Shown here: positions 24,973 to 34,558 of the stretch, one piece after another
Layout: the number at the start of each line of letters is the position of its first letter
Position numbering within the stretch: the stretch's first letter is position 1
Assembly (NCBI GenBank): GCA_023150555.1
Contig: JAKLKQ010000007.1
Coordinates: 65,253 to 129,252, forward strand
Direction of reading: 5' to 3'
Origin: Planctomycetota bacterium
GTDB taxonomy: Bacteria > Planctomycetota > SZUA-567 > H5-PLA8
Length of the DNA stretch: 64,000 bases
Program-made: the position numbers and the translations under genes
The notes under the pieces: generated by a model
Told to the model about the DNA's origin: nothing
The model's database searches: none
What the model saw: only the letters and a program-made list of their open reading frames with translations

Positions 24973-27921
24973 GTGTCCGTGATCCGAGACGGCATCGGCG
25001 GCGTGCTTCGCTGGATCGTGCGCAAGCTGCTGCGCATCTACTACCCCAAAATCGAGATCACCGACCAGGAGAAGATCCCCCCGGCGGGCCCGGTGCTGCT
25101 GGTCTCGAACCATCCGAACTCGATGCTCGATCCCGTGGTGCTGGGCACCACCGCGCAGCGCCCGGTGCGCTTCATGGCCAAGGCGCCGCTGTTCGATATT
25201 CCCGTCTTCGGCCAGGCGATGTACGCGCTGGGGATGATCCCCGCCTACCGCGGCAGCGACGATCCGACACAGGTGGGCCGCAACGTCGATTCGCTGGTCG
25301 CCTGCGCCGAAGTGCTGGCCGAAGGCGCGGTGATGGGCATCTTCCCCGAAGGCAAGACGCACGACGAGCCGGCGCTGGAGATGGTGCGCAGCGGGCCATC
25401 GCGGATCGCGATGCAGGCGGTCGAACGCGGCGTCGTCGGCGTGAAGATCGTGCCCGTGGGCCTGCACTACGAGGACAAGGAACGCCTGCGCAGCTCGATC
25501 TGGGTGCGCGTGGGCGATCCGATCGACGCCAACGCCTGGTTGCAACAGCACGAAGGCGACGTGCGCAAGGCCACCCGGCTGCTTACGCAGGAGATCGCGC
25601 GCCGCCTGAAGGAACTGGTTCTGCACCTCGACGACCCCAAGCTGGCACCGCTGCTGGACGACCTCGAGACCCTGGTGCCGCCGCCGCCCGAACGCGCCGT
25701 GCTGCCGGCCGCGGCGCTGCGCCAGCGCAAGGCCGTCGCAGATTCGATCAACTACTTCCTCGCCGCGGACCGCCCGCGCGCGGAGGCCATCGCGCGCGCC
25801 ATCGACGAGCACCGCACAAAGATCCACGATGCCGGCCTTACAATGCGCAGCTCCATCCTGCACAAACGCGGCCTGCGGCTGGCCGCACGCCTGGCCTGGC
25901 GCTCGGTATGGCTCGTGCTTCTCAGCATCCCCGCACTCTTCGCGTCCCTCTTTCACCTTCTCCCGTTCGCCCTGACACGCTTCATCACCGAGAAGGTGAA
26001 GACGCCCGGCCGGTCGGCGGTCTCCTTCGGGCGCCTGATGCTGGGCCTGCCGATCTACGGCGCATGGTACGCACTCTTCTACTGGTACCTGAAGGAGCAC
26101 GCCTTCACGACGGTGGCCATCTGCGCGATCCTGATCCTGCTTCCCTTCGCGGGACTGCTGGCGCTCGGCCACGGCCGAAACCTGCGCCGCGCCGGATTCT
26201 CGTGGATGCATCAGATCGCGATGCTCTTCGGCCGCCAGCGCCTCGAAAAGCTGCGCGCCGAACGCGGGGCGCTGCAGGCGCGCCTGAGCGACCTGGCCGC
26301 CGAGTACCGCCGCGCTTTCCCGCTCAAGCAGCCGCCGGTCCAGCCGCCGCGCGTGCGGCTGGGTTTCGCCGGCGTCACGGTCGCGGTTTTGGCGGCGCTG
26401 CTCCTCGGCTGGGCCTACCTCCGCACGCGCGCAGCGACGATCGCCGAGCAACTCGGAGACGGCCCCGACCTGGCGAAGATCGAGGCGCCCGTGCTGGTCG
26501 AGCAACTCGACCGCGACGCGGCGGGCTTGGCCCAGATTGTCGACGGGCTGAAGGATCTTGAGACGAAAGCGCTGCTCTTGCGCAAGTCGTTCGCCGAGGG
26601 CGAACGATCCTACTACAACGTCGCGGACGACAACGCCGTGCGGCAGGCACTGTGGTCCTACCTATCGTACCGCAAGGCGCTGCTGCGACTGGTCTGGTAC
26701 TACCAGAATTTCGCGCAGGCCCGGGACGAAGGCCTGCGCCTGCGCGCGCAGCTGCTGGAGACCGCGGCGGCGGCGGCGCTGTACGAGTATTCGGTGCGTT
26801 TCGTCACCGAATTCGGCCGCAGCGAGGAGACCATAAAGAAGCTCAACGAAGGCGAGCCGCGCTGGGGCATTCCGCCCGACGCGTACGATACGATTCGCAA
26901 GAACCTCGCGCGCGCCCATAACCGCCGCACCATCGAGGCCTTCTTCGAGCAATACCACGAGGCCGCAGGCGACTTCGAACGCCTGGGGCTGAAGGACGAC
27001 GAACCCTACGCAAAGATGCATGCCGCGATCGCCAACGCGCAGGACAGCATCGCCGAACTGGGCCGCAGCGTATGGACCGAAGAACTGGCGCTGACGGCCC
27101 GCGAAACGAAAGCGCTGGGCTACCAGGCCTACTACACCGGGCAGTCCCTAATCGCTACCTGGATCGGCAACACCATGGTGCGCAAGCCGCGCGAGGGCCA
27201 TACGCTGATTGGTGAAGCGCAGCTGGAAGCGCTAAAGAAGAAGCTGCAGCCCGGCGACATCCTGCTCGAACGCCGCAACTGGTTCCTCTCGAACATGTTC
27301 CTGCCCGGCTACTGGCCCCACGCGGCGATGTACGTCGGCACGGCGGAAGACATCGAGCGGCTGGGCCTGAAGGACGACCCCTTCGTGGCAAAGCACTGGG
27401 CCGAGTTCGCCGCGGCCGACGCCGAGGGGCACCACCACGTGATCATCGAGGCCCTGAGCGAAGGCATCGTCTGCGCATCCCTGGAGCACAGCATCGGCGG
27501 CGGCGACAGCACGGCCGTCCTGCGCCCGAAGTTGAGCGAGGAAAAGATCAAGCAGGCCATCGTCCGTGCGTTCAGCCACATGGGCAAACCGTACGACTTC
27601 GAGTTCGATTTCTTCAGCAGCGACAAAATCGTCTGCACGGAACTGGTCTACCGCTGCTACCAGGAGGAGATCGATTTCCCGCTCGTCGACGTGATGGGCC
27701 GCCAGACGCTTCCGGCCATCGAGATCGTGCGCAAGTTTGCCAATGACCGCAAGGCGGGTACGCCGCAGCTGGAACTGATCGCGTTTTTGGACGGAGATGA
27801 GAAGACCGGCGCGTGCCGATTCTTTGGCGACGAGGAATTCGTCCAGACCCTGGAGCGCCCCGCGCTGACTTTCCTGCAATCCTCACAGGAAGGCGGGGAG
27901 GATCCGGGCGAAGGTCAGTAG
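24973..27921 (+). CDS. fusion protein: lysophospholipid acyltransferase (PlsC/LPLAT) N-domain + membrane region + C-terminal YiiX-like permuted papain-fold domain
   Basis: The N-terminus has the acyltransferase HX4D motif (SNHPNSMLD) and FPEG. Mid-protein there are TM helices. The C-terminus ...HHHVIIEALSEGIV...GKPYDFEFDFFSSDKIVCTELVYRCY resembles the YiiX/DUF830 permuted NlpC/P60-like family. Confidence 0.65.
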   Translation: MSVIRDGIGGVLRWIVRKLLRIYYPKIEITDQEKIPPAGPVLLVSNHPNSMLDPVVLGTTAQRPVRFMAKAPLFDIPVFGQAMYALGMIPAYRGSDDPTQVGRNVDSLVACAEVLAEGAVMGIFPEGKTHDEPALEMVRSGPSRIAMQAVERGVVGVKIVPVGLHYEDKERLRSSIWVRVGDPIDANAWLQQHEGDVRKATRLLTQEIARRLKELVLHLDDPKLAPLLDDLETLVPPPPERAVLPAAALRQRKAVADSINYFLAADRPRAEAIARAIDEHRTKIHDAGLTMRSSILHKRGLRLAARLAWRSVWLVLLSIPALFASLFHLLPFALTRFITEKVKTPGRSAVSFGRLMLGLPIYGAWYALFYWYLKEHAFTTVAICAILILLPFAGLLALGHGRNLRRAGFSWMHQIAMLFGRQRLEKLRAERGALQARLSDLAAEYRRAFPLKQPPVQPPRVRLGFAGVTVAVLAALLLGWAYLRTRAATIAEQLGDGPDLAKIEAPVLVEQLDRDAAGLAQIVDGLKDLETKALLLRKSFAEGERSYYNVADDNAVRQALWSYLSYRKALLRLVWYYQNFAQARDEGLRLRAQLLETAAAAALYEYSVRFVTEFGRSEETIKKLNEGEPRWGIPPDAYDTIRKNLARAHNRRTIEAFFEQYHEAAGDFERLGLKDDEPYAKMHAAIANAQDSIAELGRSVWTEELALTARETKALGYQAYYTGQSLIATWIGNTMVRKPREGHTLIGEAQLEALKKKLQPGDILLERRNWFLSNMFLPGYWPHAAMYVGTAEDIERLGLKDDPFVAKHWAEFAAADAEGHHHVIIEALSEGIVCASLEHSIGGGDSTAVLRPKLSEEKIKQAIVRAFSHMGKPYDFEFDFFSSDKIVCTELVYRCYQEEIDFPLVDVMGRQTLPAIEIVRKFANDRKAGTPQLELIAFLDGDEKTGACRFFGDEEFVQTLERPALTFLQSSQEGGEDPGEGQ

Positions 27922-28718
27922 TGCAAAACGTTGCGCTCGAGGAGCCAGCCTTCTCCCACCCCGGGCAGCCGCGCAAGAACCCAATCGCCTCGCGACTCAA
28001 CGAGTTCGAACTCCGCGCCTTCCTGCAGCGCTTTGACGAACGCTTCCTTGTAGTCCTCTCCGGGACCTAAGCGCGCAACGGTGGTTTCCAAAACCACGCC
28101 GTACTCGGCCTGCACGTCCTCTTGGTAACCCAGCACCGCGCTGGCGCCTGCGACCAGCAGCAGGGCCGCGGCCACCGCCATCGCGCCGTGCAACCCCGGA
28201 TGCATTCGCGTCCTGCGCCAGGCCAGCAGGCGAAGGCTCGCCAACACGAACAGCAGCGCAAAGCACCCCACGGCAGCCTGTTGCCGCTCCTCCTGGGACA
28301 TCGAATCGTGGAGGAACAATACATGCTTCCACCACGGCGGCTTGGCTTCCGGGTAATGCCCCGGCGCGGTTGCCAGCGCCGACTGAAGGTTGTATTCCAG
28401 GTACGGGTCGCGGGGGCGCAGGCGCTGCGCGCGCCGGTAAGCTGCGATGGCGCGCGCCACCTGCCCCGCGCGCATGTAGGCGTTGCCGAGATTGTACAGC
28501 ACCGCGCCGTTCTGGTAGCCGTCGGCGAGCAGGGATTCGAACAGCGCTGCCGCGTGCGCGAACTCGGCGGGCGTCTTCGCCTTGTCGAAAGCCTCGAGGC
28601 CCTGCACGAACGTCCGCGTGCGGCTCGACTCGTCGGCCCATGCCGGAGCGGCGGCAATCCACGCGCACGCCGCAAGCCCGGCGGCCATCAGGAGGGCCCT
28701 CGCAGCGCGCCTGCTCAT
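27915..28718 (-). CDS. BatE-like TPR/SH3b protein (last gene of Bat operon)
   Basis: There is a signal peptide and TPR motifs (AVLYNLGNAYMRAGQVARAIAAYRRA). A TM follows. The C-terminus is an SH3b-like beta segment (GAEFELVESRGDWVLARLPG...GWLLERNV). Confidence 0.5.
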   Translation of the reverse strand: MSRRAARALLMAAGLAACAWIAAAPAWADESSRTRTFVQGLEAFDKAKTPAEFAHAAALFESLLADGYQNGAVLYNLGNAYMRAGQVARAIAAYRRAQRLRPRDPYLEYNLQSALATAPGHYPEAKPPWWKHVLFLHDSMSQEERQQAAVGCFALLFVLASLRLLAWRRTRMHPGLHGAMAVAAALLLVAGASAVLGYQEDVQAEYGVVLETTVARLGPGEDYKEAFVKALQEGAEFELVESRGDWVLARLPGVGEGWLLERNVLHY

Positions 28719-30616
28719 GCCGAAAGCGCCTTATACAGGCGCCGCGCCAGCGCGGCGGCTCGTTTCCGGATCTCGGCCGCGTCGCCGGCCGCCACGGCGG
28801 CGCCGTAGGCCTGTGCCTCAAGGGCCTCCAACAGCCCGGCCAAATCCTGCCGCAGGTCCTGGTCGGCGGCGGCGGCTTCCAAGGCGCCATCTGCGTCGCG
28901 CGGCGTCGTGCCAGCGGCCGGCAGGTTGACCTGGTCGGCGACCAGACCAAGCAGCGCCGCGCGGACCTCAGCCGATGCATCGGCAGGCTTCCCTTCGGTA
29001 GAAGCGATGCGTTCCAGGCAGCGTTTGAGCGCACCCTGGCGGCGCTGCCACGCGACGTCGTTCTCAATGCGGCGGCGGCGCGCCACCAGAGACCACAACG
29101 CCAGGTAACACAGCACCAGCCCGGCCGGCAGGGCGACATAGGGACGGATGTCCACGCGCTGGTCGTCCAGCTGCGCGAGGTCGGTGATGTTCTGGCGCAG
29201 GCCGCCTTCGGTTTCCTTTAGATCCAGCACGCCCTGGGTCCGGCGCTCGGCGGAGACGATCTCTGCCGAACTGACGCGATCGGCCTTTTGTACGTCAAGT
29301 TTCACCGGATCGGTGTGCACGGTCTCGAACTTCTCGTTCTCGGGATTAAAGTACGTCATGGTAATCGGAGGAAGGTCCACGCCCGCCGCCGCGGGACGCA
29401 GGCTGTAGGTGAAGACCTTGCCCTCCTCCGACTTCTCGCCGATGGGCTTCTCGTCGAACACCTTGAAGCGCTCAACGACCTGCGGCTGGTCGGCGAGATT
29501 GGGGGCCTCGATCAGATTCAACGAGCCGCTACCGGGCTCGGACCTGATCTCCAGCTTCACCTCCAGCGGATCGCCGACGCGCAGGCGCCGAGGGGTAGCC
29601 GTCGCGTGAATGGTGAACCGGCCGATAGCGCCGGAAAAGTCCGCGGGCGCGTTCAGGGTGGCCAGGTCGACCACATCGACAGTGGCGGGCTCGGCGACGA
29701 CCATAAGGCGCTGCGTATTGAGGCGGTTGCCGGTCGCACCAGTTGGCAGCATGCCCTTCAGCGTCGCGGGCCCGAAGGTGACGCGGCCGGGGTGTTCCGC
29801 AACGAATTTCAGCGGAAAGTCGTAGACGAAGTAAAAGGCCTTGGAACCGTCCAGCTTCGCGCGCTGCATCCGGTCGGATTTAGGCAGGACGACGGCCGCG
29901 CGGGTGCCGAAGCCGAAATCCAGCGGCCCGCGGTTGATCGTGTAGCCTTCCATCTCGAAGCCGAAGCGCTTGCGCTGCAGGATCTCGCGCAGCAGGTCGT
30001 CGGGGCGCTGTCGCATCTCGACGCCTTCCGGGGGTTCGAGGAACCACGGCACGCGCAGCGAAGGCGGATTGACAAACTTGATCGGGTCGCGCCCTTCCAA
30101 TCCGGGAACTTCCTGAAGCGCCACCCGCAGGGTGACGGTGAACGGCTGCGTCGGGAAGACGCGCTTGGGCTCGATTACGATCTCGGCCTGGGCCCAGTCC
30201 TGCAACTCCGGCGCGTTGACCGTGATGGCCAGCGGATCGCTGGTGTAGGTCTTCCCTTTGACGGTGATCGTCGCTCCGGGCAGGCGCAGGCGGCCCGACT
30301 TGCGGGGCGTCAGCCGATAGGTGTAGCGCACACCCTGGTAGAGGCGCGTGTTGACCTGGTGCGTGAACGTCATGCGATTCGGGCCGGCGATGTCCCAAAC
30401 GGCCGGATCGAGGCCCAGGTCGGGCGTGATGGACTCGGTGACGTTCAACGCGGTCAACTGATAGGCGATATTCTCGCCGACGTAGACTTCCGTTACGTCG
30501 GTCTCCACCAGCACCTGCACGTCGCCTTCCGCCGCGCGAACGCAGCACGAAACCGCACCGGCCAGTACGGCCGCGAGCAGTTGAAGCGTGCGCGGGTTTC
30601 GCATGCCGATTACCAA
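28715..30616 (-). CDS. batD: BatD-family (oxygen tolerance) protein
   Basis: 633 aa. The architecture is a signal peptide, a large extracytoplasmic domain, a TM near residue ~490, and a C-terminal cytoplasmic helix domain. It sits between BatB and BatE homologs. Confidence 0.7.
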   Translation of the reverse strand: MVIGMRNPRTLQLLAAVLAGAVSCCVRAAEGDVQVLVETDVTEVYVGENIAYQLTALNVTESITPDLGLDPAVWDIAGPNRMTFTHQVNTRLYQGVRYTYRLTPRKSGRLRLPGATITVKGKTYTSDPLAITVNAPELQDWAQAEIVIEPKRVFPTQPFTVTLRVALQEVPGLEGRDPIKFVNPPSLRVPWFLEPPEGVEMRQRPDDLLREILQRKRFGFEMEGYTINRGPLDFGFGTRAAVVLPKSDRMQRAKLDGSKAFYFVYDFPLKFVAEHPGRVTFGPATLKGMLPTGATGNRLNTQRLMVVAEPATVDVVDLATLNAPADFSGAIGRFTIHATATPRRLRVGDPLEVKLEIRSEPGSGSLNLIEAPNLADQPQVVERFKVFDEKPIGEKSEEGKVFTYSLRPAAAGVDLPPITMTYFNPENEKFETVHTDPVKLDVQKADRVSSAEIVSAERRTQGVLDLKETEGGLRQNITDLAQLDDQRVDIRPYVALPAGLVLCYLALWSLVARRRRIENDVAWQRRQGALKRCLERIASTEGKPADASAEVRAALLGLVADQVNLPAAGTTPRDADGALEAAAADQDLRQDLAGLLEALEAQAYGAAVAAGDAAEIRKRAAALARRLYKALSA

Positions 30617-33447
30617 TCCTTCTCGACGGGCGCAGGTTGCCCCATGCGCGCCTTCAGGTCTTCCTGAACCTTGCGGCGCTCCTTCTCGTGCTCGCGCGCC
30701 TTGCGCATCAGGGCCTCGATCTCTTCTTCGGTCATCTCGCGCTGGTCCTGGTTTTCCTGGCCGCCGTCTTTCTGCTCCTTCTTGTCCTGATCCTTCTTCT
30801 GGTCACCCTGATTATTGCCTTTGTTCTTATCCTGGTCCTTGTCGTCCTTCTTCTGGTCCTCACCCTTCTTCTGCTGCTGGTCCTGCGGGTCGCCCTGCTG
30901 TTGCTGCTGGTCTTTCGGCAGGTTCTTCGAGATCTCCTCCAGGATCTTGCGCGCCTCCCCCGCTTCCGGATGTGCCGCGCCGCGCCGGCCCGCGGACAAA
31001 TGCTTCGCCGCAGCCGCCTGGTGCTTCAGGGCTTTGGGCGCAAGATCGATCGCCTTCTCAACGCCTTCCTTGACCTTCTTCGGATCCTGCTCCTGCTTGG
31101 GCACGGGTGGCTGCGTGCCGTTCTTGGGATCGGCCTGGTCCGTATCGGGCAAGGCTTCCAGCATCTTAAGCATCTCTTTCGCTTTCGGCACTATCAGAGC
31201 GGCCGACCGCTGGGCGTTCTCCTGTTCCTTCAGCACCCGCGCGGTAGGCGTCGCGACGGCGGGATCCGGCGCCGCGGAGCCATCCGCCGCCTGCGGCCTG
31301 ACGGCTTCGACGACGCGCGTCTGCCGTTCCAGCGCACGCGCCACGATCGGCCCGACGGGCGCCAGCACTTCCCAGATCGATTCCAGATTCGAACTCGCCT
31401 GTTCCTGGGCCTGCGATGCTGCAGCCGGATCGTGCAAGCCCAGCTTCTCGGCGGCCAGGCCCATCTGCCGGGCAGACTCGGCGGACCATTTGAGGAACTG
31501 GGCGACAGCCTGTTCGAGGTGCTCGGTCTGCTCCTTCGAGGGCGCCGGGCCCTGCTGGCCGGGCGGCCCGCCCTGGCCATGGGCCTGGGCCTTGAGTTCC
31601 TCGATCTTCGCGTTGAGAGTGGGAATCTCCTCGAGCAGCGCGGCCTGAGCGCGCTTGAGTTCCGCAAAGCGATCGACCGGCGTCTGCGGATCGGCGGCGG
31701 CGGCATCGCTCTGGTCGCGCAGGCCGTTCTCGGTTTTCATCAGGTAGTCCAGGAACTGTACGAGGTCCATGTCCTTGCGGCGCTGCTCCTGCTCCTGCTT
31801 GCGCCAGAGTTCCGTGTAGTACTTGATCCAGAGGCGGATGCGCTCCAGGTTGCGGCGCGCTTGTGCGTGGCTCTTGTCAAAGGCCAGGCACTGGCGGTAG
31901 TTCGCAACTGCCGCGGCGAGGCGCTCGAGCACCTGAGGGCGCTTCTCGGGCGCGAGTTGCGCGGGATTGGATCCCACCAGCGCATTGGCCGCGTCGGCTT
32001 CCAGGCAGCCAAGATTGTAACGCGCGGACGAAGCAATGTGGCGGTCGCGCGAGAGGCTGGCCTTCTGGTACTGCTCGGCCGCGCGTTCGAGGTCGCCTTC
32101 CTTCTGGTAGGCGCAAGCGAGGTCGAAGGCGATCTCCGGCGTCTCGGGCTGGGAGACGTCGGCCCCCATGAACTTGCGCCGCGCGCCGGAGTAATCGGCG
32201 TTCGCATATGCCTCCAGGCCTTCGCGGACCAGCACCACCGGGTCGCCGGTCGCGATCTCCTCCTTTTTCTTTTCCTTGCCCTGCGATTCTTCTGCGGGCG
32301 GTCCGGTCTTCTCCGGTACCGCGGATACGGCTTCGCTCGCCCGAACGCTGCCCGCGCCCAGCACCACGGCCAGCAGCACGCCGCCAGCGGCCAGCGACCC
32401 CCTGCCTGCTGGCGCGGCCACCTCCGGCCGCGCGCGCCTCGGGAAACGGCGCACGAACATCTCGAGCACAAAGAAGATCAGCCCGAGGCCAAGGAAGACC
32501 TGGTACTGCTCCCGCATGCGCTTGCGCTTCTGCTCGTTGGCCTCCTCGCCCTGCATCTTGCGGATGCGCTCGGCCAGGTCCTCGAAGTCGTAGCCGCGCA
32601 CGCCGAAGGGCACGTAGGCACCGCGCGTCGTCAGGGCAATCTTGCGCAGCAGGTCCTCATCCAGTTGCGAACGCACTTCCTTGCCCTGGTAGGTCATCAC
32701 CGAACCGGCGGTCTTGCCGGGCACCGGCGCGCCCTCCTCCGGATCGCCCACGCCGACGGCGAAGACGGGGATGTTGCGCTCCTCGGCGGCCTCCGCCGCT
32801 TCCATGGGATAGCTGTCCTGGTCGCCGCCGTCGGTGATGAGGAGCATGGCCTGGTCACGCGAGCCGTCCTTGGGCAGCACCTCCAAGGCCTTGCGGATGG
32901 CGTCGCCAATGGCCGTTCCGCCGCGCGGCGCGCTGTCGGTGTCTACGTCGTCCAGGGCCAGGCGGAAGAAACCGCTGTCGGACGTCAGCGGGCACTGCAC
33001 GACCGGCCGGCCCGCGAAGGCGATCAGGCCCATGCGCACGCCTTCCAGCTTGTTGGCCAGCACCTTGATGTCTTCCTTGGCGCGCTGCAGGCGGCTGGGC
33101 GCGACGTCCCGCGCGGTCATCGAACGAGAGACATCCAGCAACACGTACAGGTCACCGCCGCGCTGGCGAATCTGCGTGAAATACACCCCGAAGCGCGGCC
33201 GCGCCGCCGCCAGGAGCACGCAAACCAGTGCCAAGGCCCACAGGCCCGTCTTGAGCCAGAAGCGCGCAGGGCTGTCGGGCGGCAGCAGGCGCTCGTGCAT
33301 AGCTTCCGCGACGAAGGCCCGCGCGGCGCGGCGCCGGCGGATGCGCGCGTAGTAGGCCAGCCCGATCCACAGCGGGACCAGCCAAAGGAAGTAAAGCGCC
33401 TCGGGGTTCTGCCAGTTCATCGCTCGTTTCCCGTCATGGCAGCGCAC
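30610..33447 (-). CDS. batB: BatB-like VWA + TPR protein with long C-terminal coiled-coil and Gln/Asp/Lys-rich tail
   Basis: Two N-terminal TM segments are followed by a VWA domain (LLDVSRSM...LLITDGGD). TPRs follow (ACAYQKEGDLERAAEQYQKA...), then a ~400-aa coiled-coil and the tail KDQQQQQGDPQDQQQKKGEDQKKDDKDQDKNKGNNQGDQKKDQDKKEQKDGG. The likely start is MNWQNPE at 33420. Confidence 0.8.
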   Translation of the reverse strand: MRCHDGKRAMNWQNPEALYFLWLVPLWIGLAYYARIRRRRAARAFVAEAMHERLLPPDSPARFWLKTGLWALALVCVLLAAARPRFGVYFTQIRQRGGDLYVLLDVSRSMTARDVAPSRLQRAKEDIKVLANKLEGVRMGLIAFAGRPVVQCPLTSDSGFFRLALDDVDTDSAPRGGTAIGDAIRKALEVLPKDGSRDQAMLLITDGGDQDSYPMEAAEAAEERNIPVFAVGVGDPEEGAPVPGKTAGSVMTYQGKEVRSQLDEDLLRKIALTTRGAYVPFGVRGYDFEDLAERIRKMQGEEANEQKRKRMREQYQVFLGLGLIFFVLEMFVRRFPRRARPEVAAPAGRGSLAAGGVLLAVVLGAGSVRASEAVSAVPEKTGPPAEESQGKEKKKEEIATGDPVVLVREGLEAYANADYSGARRKFMGADVSQPETPEIAFDLACAYQKEGDLERAAEQYQKASLSRDRHIASSARYNLGCLEADAANALVGSNPAQLAPEKRPQVLERLAAAVANYRQCLAFDKSHAQARRNLERIRLWIKYYTELWRKQEQEQRRKDMDLVQFLDYLMKTENGLRDQSDAAAADPQTPVDRFAELKRAQAALLEEIPTLNAKIEELKAQAHGQGGPPGQQGPAPSKEQTEHLEQAVAQFLKWSAESARQMGLAAEKLGLHDPAAASQAQEQASSNLESIWEVLAPVGPIVARALERQTRVVEAVRPQAADGSAAPDPAVATPTARVLKEQENAQRSAALIVPKAKEMLKMLEALPDTDQADPKNGTQPPVPKQEQDPKKVKEGVEKAIDLAPKALKHQAAAAKHLSAGRRGAAHPEAGEARKILEEISKNLPKDQQQQQGDPQDQQQKKGEDQKKDDKDQDKNKGNNQGDQKKDQDKKEQKDGGQENQDQREMTEEEIEALMRKAREHEKERRKVQEDLKARMGQPAPVEKDW

Positions 33448-34516
33448 GGAAGCGCGTCGCCATCAGTACGGCCTCCAGCAGCAGCAAACCCAGCCCGGCC
33501 AGCAGCGGAATGAGGAACAGTTCGTCGTACTCGGTGTACACCGCCTGCTCGGTCTCGCTGCGTTCGAGCTGGTCGATGCTCTTGTAGACTTCCACCAGGG
33601 CCTCGGTGTTCTCGGCGTGGTAGTAGCTTCCGCCGGTCTCCTCGGCGGCCTTGCGCAGCAGGTCTTCGTCGAGCGAAACGCTGATGTGCTCGATGACAGT
33701 GCGTCCGTAGGCGTCCTCGACCTGGATGGGTGCCTGCCCAGTGTGCCCGATGCCGATGGCGTAGATCTTCACGCCCTTCTTCTTGGCTGCTTCGATGGCC
33801 TTCTCCGGCTCCACGACCCCGACGTTGCTCTCGCCGTCGGACAGCAGAACGATGATCTTGCTCTTGGCCTCGACCTGCTCGAGCCGGTCCAGTGCCAGCG
33901 CCAGGGCGTCGCCGATGGCCGTGGCGCGCTCCTCCTGGACCAGTTCCCGGTTGATGGGCCGGCCCTGGCGGTCGAAGATCAGGCGCGGGACTTCCAGCGA
34001 ATTCAACACGTCCACGAACGCGCCGTGATCCAGCGTCAGCGGGCAGCGGCTGTAGGCCGTGCCGCCGAAACCGACCAGGCCCATCAGATCGTTCGCGCGC
34101 CCGCGCAGGCCCGAACCCTTACTACCGGCCACGAACTCGCCGAGCACATACTTGACGGCTTCCAGGCGCGTGACCTGCTTGTCGTCGAGGCTGAAGTCCA
34201 TAGCCTCCATGGAGCCCGAGACGTCCAGGGCTGCCTCGATGGCAATGCCTTCCGTGCGCACGCGCGTCTCCGTGATGCCCAGCTGAGGCCGCGCCAGCGC
34301 CACGGTCAGGAACAGCAGCCCCAGGCAGCGGATGACCGGCATCCAGGCCTTCACGCGCTGCGCGACCGTGACCGGCACGTCCTTCAGGCCCTGCAGGCTG
34401 CTGAAGATCGCCGTCGGCCGGTTGCGCGCGCGCGCCGACCACCACACACCGGCGACGGCCAGCGGTGCCAGGAAGAACGCCTGCGGCGTATGCCACTGCG
34501 GCAGCCAGTCCCACAC
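33434..34516 (-). CDS. batA: BatA-like VWA-domain membrane protein
   Basis: N- and C-terminal TM segments flank a VWA domain with MIDAS (LDVSGSM ... VLLSDGESN). Confidence 0.85.
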   Translation of the reverse strand: MWDWLPQWHTPQAFFLAPLAVAGVWWSARARNRPTAIFSSLQGLKDVPVTVAQRVKAWMPVIRCLGLLFLTVALARPQLGITETRVRTEGIAIEAALDVSGSMEAMDFSLDDKQVTRLEAVKYVLGEFVAGSKGSGLRGRANDLMGLVGFGGTAYSRCPLTLDHGAFVDVLNSLEVPRLIFDRQGRPINRELVQEERATAIGDALALALDRLEQVEAKSKIIVLLSDGESNVGVVEPEKAIEAAKKKGVKIYAIGIGHTGQAPIQVEDAYGRTVIEHISVSLDEDLLRKAAEETGGSYYHAENTEALVEVYKSIDQLERSETEQAVYTEYDELFLIPLLAGLGLLLLEAVLMATRFRALP

Positions 34517-34558
34517 GGGCGTTGCGGTCCCCTCTCCGGTCGTTCACGCCGCGCCGCC

